Assembly: GCA_010405405.1 (NCBI GenBank)
Contig: MU004237.1
Span: 2,243,345 to 2,307,344, forward strand
Reading direction: 5' to 3'
DNA from: Microthyrium microscopicum
Lineage: Eukaryota
Length of the DNA stretch: 64,000 bases
Shown here: one piece after another, positions 58,284 to 64,000 of the stretch
Position numbering within the stretch: position 1 is the first letter of the stretch
Layout: every line of letters starts with the position of its first letter
The notes under the pieces: generated by a model
Seen by the model: only the letters and a program-made list of their open reading frames with translations
What the model was told of the DNA's origin: nothing
Database searches by the model: none
Made by a program: the position numbers and the translations under genes

Positions 58284-59777
58284 ATGTATGCCTCTAGTAG
58301 TATTCGATGTTTGTTTGGCTGGCTTCTCATCATCACAACTTTTGCTATAGCATTGGCCGCACCAGCACCACAGGCAACGACAAACATCGCTACACCCACC
58401 GGGAATGTTGATCTCTATCAACAATGGATAAGTTCATTAATTGATGTCCAACCTACAGCAACTCCAACTTCGGTTGCTGGTTAGTTTTTCATGTTTTGTG
58501 GACACGCAGAATTTATTGTGACACAAACTGACGTCAATATAGAAGCCGAAGCTCTCCTTGACGGCATTATCACCAGCAGTCCCAGCGGGGTTGAATCGTT
58601 GTTCAACAAAACACTGCAACTGAAACAGTCTGGTCTATTTACGGGCGACTTTACGGACCTTGCGAGCCGTGCTGCAGAGGGAAACAGCCTCGTCATAGGA
58701 ACAAACCCGGCTCCAAGCAGCGTGGTATATCCTCAAAAGTCTAGTACGGACGCACCATATTCTGCTTCCGAAGCATCGTTGCGATCTGCAGTTAAAATAC
58801 CGACATCTTTTACCTTTGGTCAGAAGCCTCCAGTCATTTTAGTTCCAGGGACGGCTTCTACTGGATATATCGCCTTCGTTGGAAACTACCTCAAGTTACT
58901 GACGGGACAATCATATGCCGATCCAGTGTGGTTAGATGTTCCAAACTATCTTCTCGGAGATGCCCAAGTCAACGCTGTAAGTTTCGAGCTCTTTAGATGT
59001 TTTCAAATGTATTAATAACGTGTAGGAATATGTGGCCTATGCAATCAACTACATCAGCTCTATTTCCAATAACCAGAACGTGTCTGTCATTGCGTGGTCA
59101 CAAGGGAATCTCAACACCCAATGGGCTCTTAAATACTGGCCTTCTACGCGCGGAATAGTCAGCGACTTTATCAGCATGTCGGCGGATTTTCACGGCACAA
59201 CAGAAGCATATCTCATCTGTCTGAGTGCGCCAGAGCTTGGGTGTACACCATCTGTCATACAACAAGAGTACGAATCTCTGTATGTCAATGCTCTACGCCG
59301 AAACGGAGGCGATTCGGCTTATGTGCCAACGACTTCGATATACAGTGCCACTGACGATATCGTGCAACCCCAGTCTGGTACTGGAGCGAGTGCTTTCTTA
59401 CAAGACGGAAGGAATTTTGGCGTGACGAATGCTGAACTGCAAACCATTTGTCCAGGACAACCCGCTGGAGGCGTAGTCAGCCACGGAGATGTACTGATAA
59501 ACGCTCTGGCGTATGCACTGGCGGTGGACGCTTTGACTCATGATGGACCAGGCAGTCTTTCGAGAATCGATCTGCCTACTGTATGTGCTCAGCCAATTGC
59601 GCCAGGTCTCGATTTGAATGATTTTCTCCTCAATGAGAGTAAGTTGACACCCGAATACTGGTTTTCAGTCACTAACTCAGAACAGGTACATCGATATTTG
59701 CTCTCTTGGCAATCAGCGAATATAATCCAAAGGTTGCTGTAGAGCCACCACTCAAGTCTTATGCTCTTCTTAATTGA
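58284..59777 (+). CDS. Secreted lipase B (CalB-like alpha/beta hydrolase)
   Basis: Signal peptide, PVILVPGT, DAQVNA|EYVAYAIN, nucleophile AWSQG, SIYSATDDIVQPQ, catalytic His in VSHGDVL, terminal EPPLKSYA. Three introns. Confidence 0.92.
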
Positions 59778-61962
59778 ACCGTCAAGAAATTTTGAACATT
59801 TATCAAGAGCTTTGTTCGCATTGATATCTGACTCCTGCCATAATGACCTGTCTGACGTTTCCTTTCGCACGTGGATGTCCTCCTCTGATTACCAATATCC
59901 TGAACTAAATAGAGGACAACATCCACTCTTAATGACCAATACGGCAGTCAAACTCATCTCCAGGAGTGGCTAGAAAAAGGCCTTGATATCCCACCAGGTA
60001 CTCTTCTCGCATTCTAGTTACCATGGCATCAAATTATACCTGAGTGAGGGCACTACGGCATAAACTCAGTGGACAACAATAAATACTAACTTCTTGTAGA
60101 TCAAACTGATCTAGAATAAAGGAGTGCACCATAGGGATCCTAATGTTATGAGCCCCGTCTCTTCTGTTACTCCAGTGACGGTTTATACAATCATTGATTC
60201 TATACGATGCAGTTTTGACAGGAGAAACTTATCATACGAAGTAAGAGCTATACAGTAGCGAATATCAACGAGTCGATTGATAGCGCCTTACGTTTATGTA
60301 AACCGTTGCAAACTATTGAGGTTATCTGCAGCTTCGTTATAGCTGTCAGTCAAAGGATGCACGCTTTTGAGCTCCTCTCGTATGCCCTGACGGAATTGAC
60401 GGTTTAGAACATCCAGAAGTTGACGGGTGGTGTTTATTGGAACTTGCCCCCAGCTTTGGATCTCCCACTTCAGACGCGAGTGAATCGTCAAGTACTTGGG
60501 AACGAGCGTGGTAGGGGAAGTTCCAAGACGTATAATAGCAATGCCCTATGTTTATACCGGATGAGATGAACCCGCTCGATTGATTCGATGACGGAAAGGA
60601 TAGAAACGGTCTTATTGGTACGACGCATGAAACATTTCTGGCTAGTAATGACAAACCTCGGATCTGTTAATATTTTCAGGTACCTACTAGTAGTATAGGA
60701 GGGAGGAGAAAGAAGAATAAACAACCCCAACTGTTTGAATCCGATCATTTACAACCAGTTGATAGGACGATATTTGGGCTTGAGCGCAAAATCCAAGAAA
60801 CAGATTCCGTTTTCTGATATCTCCGCCCTTTGGTTTCGCGTTACGTTTGGCACGAACTGGACTGATGTGAGCCGACCTGTACAGATCAAAAGATTTCCTT
60901 TACATGACTATATTTAGCCTTGCAAGAGAAGAGAATGTTCGGTTGTTGAAGAACGATGCTGATAGTACATTGGCTCTGTAAGGACGAATTTTCTGGGACA
61001 TGCACCAGTCTTATAATCAAAAAGATGGTTTGACATGACAAGCAAAATCTGATGCAATTGATAGCAAGCCTTTTCGCGTTAGTAACCCTTACATAGCACT
61101 AAAGCCGATTGCAACGGGGATACAGATCTCTGTGGTTCTGTGGAGCACAATGGATCTGCACGGCTCGTTGAGCCTCACGACCCACAACCTCACCTCATCA
61201 CCATCAAGCGAGAATATTCGAGCACAGCGCATGCTGCAGGCCGCGGTCAAATACTACATCTTCAGACTTCACATGTTCCCAAGATACACCAAGAATTATC
61301 TCATAGACAAGCGCAAGTGCCTGGTGGGGCACAAGGAGCGTTACAGTACTGCGCGAGGAGCTGCACCAAAAGCTTCTCATCATGAACCGTTTCAGGTCGC
61401 GGCTCTCCTACCACCCGCCAGTGAACGGAGCCAAGACAATCCGAGACAGATAAAAAAGGCTTGTCTGATCTTGGCATCAAACCCGTGCTAGCATTGAGCT
61501 GGTTGCTCCACCAAAGGTCGACCCGGATGGTGGTTTGTTTTAGTCCATTCGAGTCGCAACTGCACATAGCTTGAACACATGTCTGGCCCTGCCCAAGAAC
61601 AAGCGGGGGCTGTGCAAAAGAATCGAACGGAACATTGGGATGAACTTGTTGCCGACTTGCCCTGAGCCATCGTTTTTGTTGTTGCAACCTGCTCATATGG
61701 TCACTCGATTGGGAGGCGTTCTGCTGTTTGTTGGCTTGTTCTGGTGGATGAAACGGTGCAAAGGGCTGTCCTATTCCCTCTTGACCCCGTTCTTTGGTGG
61801 GCGGAATGTCGCAATTCTGAGAGCGCTGAAAAGAATGCGGGCTCCCGGCTTGGGAGTTGCCATTTTTGACACCAGTATTATCTTCCTTTGAGAAAAAGGT
61901 CTTGGCTATTAATACCTTGTGCGCATACAATCTCGTGGCTGCTGGGTAGGCATACATTCAAG

Positions 61963-63350
61963 ATGCGATCGATATCAAGGTCAGCCTTGTTGGCGCTACC
62001 AACTTTAATTACACCAATACTGGCGCAAACAGTAACGGGTCAACTGGGAAATGCTATAGAGAGCGACAAGAACCCTGCCGGAGCAGCATATGTCGCCGTA
62101 CTGAAATTTGGAGAAATTCAAGGCCGGATCATTGCGACGAATGCGCAAGATAAGGGAACAGAATTCTCAGTCTGGTTCTCAAAATTGCCTGCATCAGGTG
62201 GACCATTCCGTAAGCCTTACATCCAGATATGTCAAATCATACACTGACAGCCCAAAGCATATCACATTCACGTCGACCCAGTACCAGCTTCCAACAACTG
62301 TACTCAAACTCTAGGACATCTGGATCCGTTCATTCGCGGCGAAATGCCGCCCTGCGAACCAGATCGACCAGAGACCTGCCAAGTGGGCGATCTGGCTGGC
62401 AAGCACGGCAAAATCACACCCACTGGTCCAACTCTCGCATTCCAGGCAAGGTACGTTCTCCATTCTCAACCACTCCCATCTTATCCAACCACTGACACTT
62501 AATCTCCAGCTATACCGACCCCTATGTCTCCATGAGCCCAGGTGTCGGCGCCTTCTTCGGCAACCGCAGCTTCGTCATCCACTACGCCAACACCACGCGC
62601 ATCACCTGCGCAAACTTCATCTCCGCTGATGCCGCCCTCGCTGCCCAGCCCGGCGGCACATGGCCATGGCCAGTTCCACCCGGAATTCCTGGCGCTGGAG
62701 CAGGAGCCGGAGCCGGAGCCGGAGCAGGAATGCCTCCCGGTATGCCTATGCCTGGAGCTCCAGTACCCTCCGGTATTCCTGGAGTAGCTCCCGGCGCTCC
62801 AGTTCCCTCCGGTATTCCTGGAGTAGTTCCCGGCGCCCCGGGCGCTTCCGGTATGCCCGGGCTACCTGGCGGATTTCCCGGCGCTCCTGGCGCCTCAGGT
62901 ATGCCCGGTCTTCCCGGCGGATTCCCCGGCGCGGGAGGTGCTGGCTTCCCTGGTATGCCCGGTATTGGCGGTGGGGGTATGCCAGTGCCCACTGAGCTGC
63001 CTGGCATCGCAGCAGGCCCAGGTTCAGGTCGAGGCGGTCGTGGAGGCGGCAAAGGCAGGCCAGGCAGGAACGGCGCTGTGAACACGACAGATGTGACAAA
63101 TACCACCGATACGGCTACGAGTGATGTGCCCAATCCGATTGCCGGCAACGATGCACCGGATCTACTACCGGGCGAGTCAGCGAGGGCGCCACCAGCCAGT
63201 CCAGCAGCAACTGCAGTACCGGCGACAGTGAGCGCACCGGCTGGTAAAGACCAGGCGGTGGTGAGCAAGAAGAAGCCAAGTTCAGCAGGCAGGATAGAAT
63301 TGAGTGTGAGCATTCTTGGAGGGGTAGCCATGATTGCTGCATTGTTATGA
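61963..63350 (+). CDS. GPI-anchored extracellular Cu-only superoxide dismutase (SOD5-like) with Pro/Gly-rich stalk
   Basis: Signal peptide, GGPF|PYHIH, GHLDP, CQVGDLAGKHG, FFGNRSFVIH..RITCANF. C-terminal SSAG followed by a hydrophobic tail. Two introns. Confidence 0.88.
62680..63070 (+). repeat. Coding Pro/Gly repeats (GA x7; PGAPVPSGIPGV x2; PGAPGASGMPGLPGGF x2)
   Basis: GGAGCC hexamer run, followed by 39-bp and 48-bp near-identical tandem units at DNA level. Confidence 0.9.
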
Positions 63351-63720
63351 TGGTGAAATTGAGGCCAGGAAAATCATGAAGAGACGACAGGTTTGATGGA
63401 TTCATTTCGGTGGCGCAAAACATTATTCTCACGATCCTTATACGCGTAGCCTCTCCTTTAGCACAGCATACTTCACCCTATAATGGTAGCGAAGGGTGGA
63501 CAAAGTGTATTTAATACCATAACAGACAGAGTAGGAAAGGAACATGTAATTCTAGTTGGGAAAGTTTCCTGTATTTTATTAGCTCTAAAATTTGACTTGC
63601 AACATACCACTATCTTCAAATCGTTATTGAAAGCTTGATTATATGGTGATGTCCCATTCAATGCGTGAACGCTATGCAACGCTAATAGGGACCGAAAATC
63701 TTTATCGTACATGTATCTGG

Positions 63721-64000
63721 CTACATTGGGCCAGGACTGAACTCATCACTACCTCGCGGGGGAGGTATACGACGTCTTCGAGGCATCTCTCGAAATCTGG
63801 AATGGTCTGAAGGCTTTTCCCACTCTTTCAATACCTCTTCTTCGATCTTGTCGCCGACCGTGATGACTAGAATCGTCTCGCCAAACGTTGCTGCGATGGA
63901 GCGAGCGCCGACTCGTGCCATTACTCCGTGGTCTGGCATGAATAAATCGCCATCTTGTGGTGACAGCGACTTGGTCTCCTCAGGCGTAGTAGGTGAGACT
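63721..64000 (-). CDS. 3' end of a gene running off the window, possibly the WD40 tail of SCAP (SREBP cleavage-activating protein)
   Basis: Frame is open from the window edge: ..GDLFMPDHGVMARVGARSIAATFGETILVITVGDK..RRRR. This resembles my recollection of fungal SCAP C-termini; only a fragment is visible. Confidence 0.4.
   Translation of the reverse strand, partial: VSPTTPEETKSLSPQDGDLFMPDHGVMARVGARSIAATFGETILVITVGDKIEEEVLKEWEKPSDHSRFREMPRRRRIPPPRGSDEFSPGPM

Noticed and set aside
60294..61957. Short ORFs between the lipase and the SOD, including the 218-aa minus-strand ORF
   Set aside because: No recognisable motif or coherent exon chain; probably intergenic or highly decayed sequence.
62582..63331. 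249-aa antisense ORF and an SR-rich alternative frame over the SOD stalk
   Set aside because: Expected by-products of GC-rich Pro/Gly codon repeats that lack stop codons; no independent gene signals.

Overview
This is gene-dense, intron-containing genomic DNA from a filamentous ascomycete (Pezizomycotina). Introns are short GT-AG with CTRAC-type branch points, and one transposon carries RIP mutations. The supplied ORF track uses TTG/GTG starts and ignores introns, so gene models were re-read by eye. There are about 28 protein-coding loci. Conserved housekeeping genes: UBE2S-like E2, tubulin cofactor E, a 2296-aa coiled-coil protein, NPR3, NAD(P) transhydrogenase and an Iec1-like C2H2 protein. 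Secreted or surface proteins: GH5 endoglucanase, choice-of-anchor-B/LVIVD protein, bacterial-type CAP protein, CalB-like lipase and a GPI-anchored Cu-only SOD. Accessory-type genes: three F-box-like proteins, two SET proteins, BTB, methyltransferase, Ap4A phosphorylase, a HeLo-like relic and an SDR/transcription-factor pair. One complete RIP-inactivated DD34E Tc1/impala-like transposon lies at 13803-15171. No tRNA, rRNA or CRISPR was recognised. Best leads: (1) an F-box-like gene whose N-terminal motif is split by a -1 frame break exactly at an in-frame G_GGA_AAA slippery heptamer; (2) an intronless actinobacterial-type CAP domain on a fungal prepro-peptide; (3) a SET methyltransferase with a signal-peptide-like N-terminus; (4) a 38-46 kb block with several altered or broken catalytic motifs; (5) an elastin-like Pro/Gly stalk on the Cu-only SOD. 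None of these is proven to be a new system. All family assignments come from motif recognition, not database searches.
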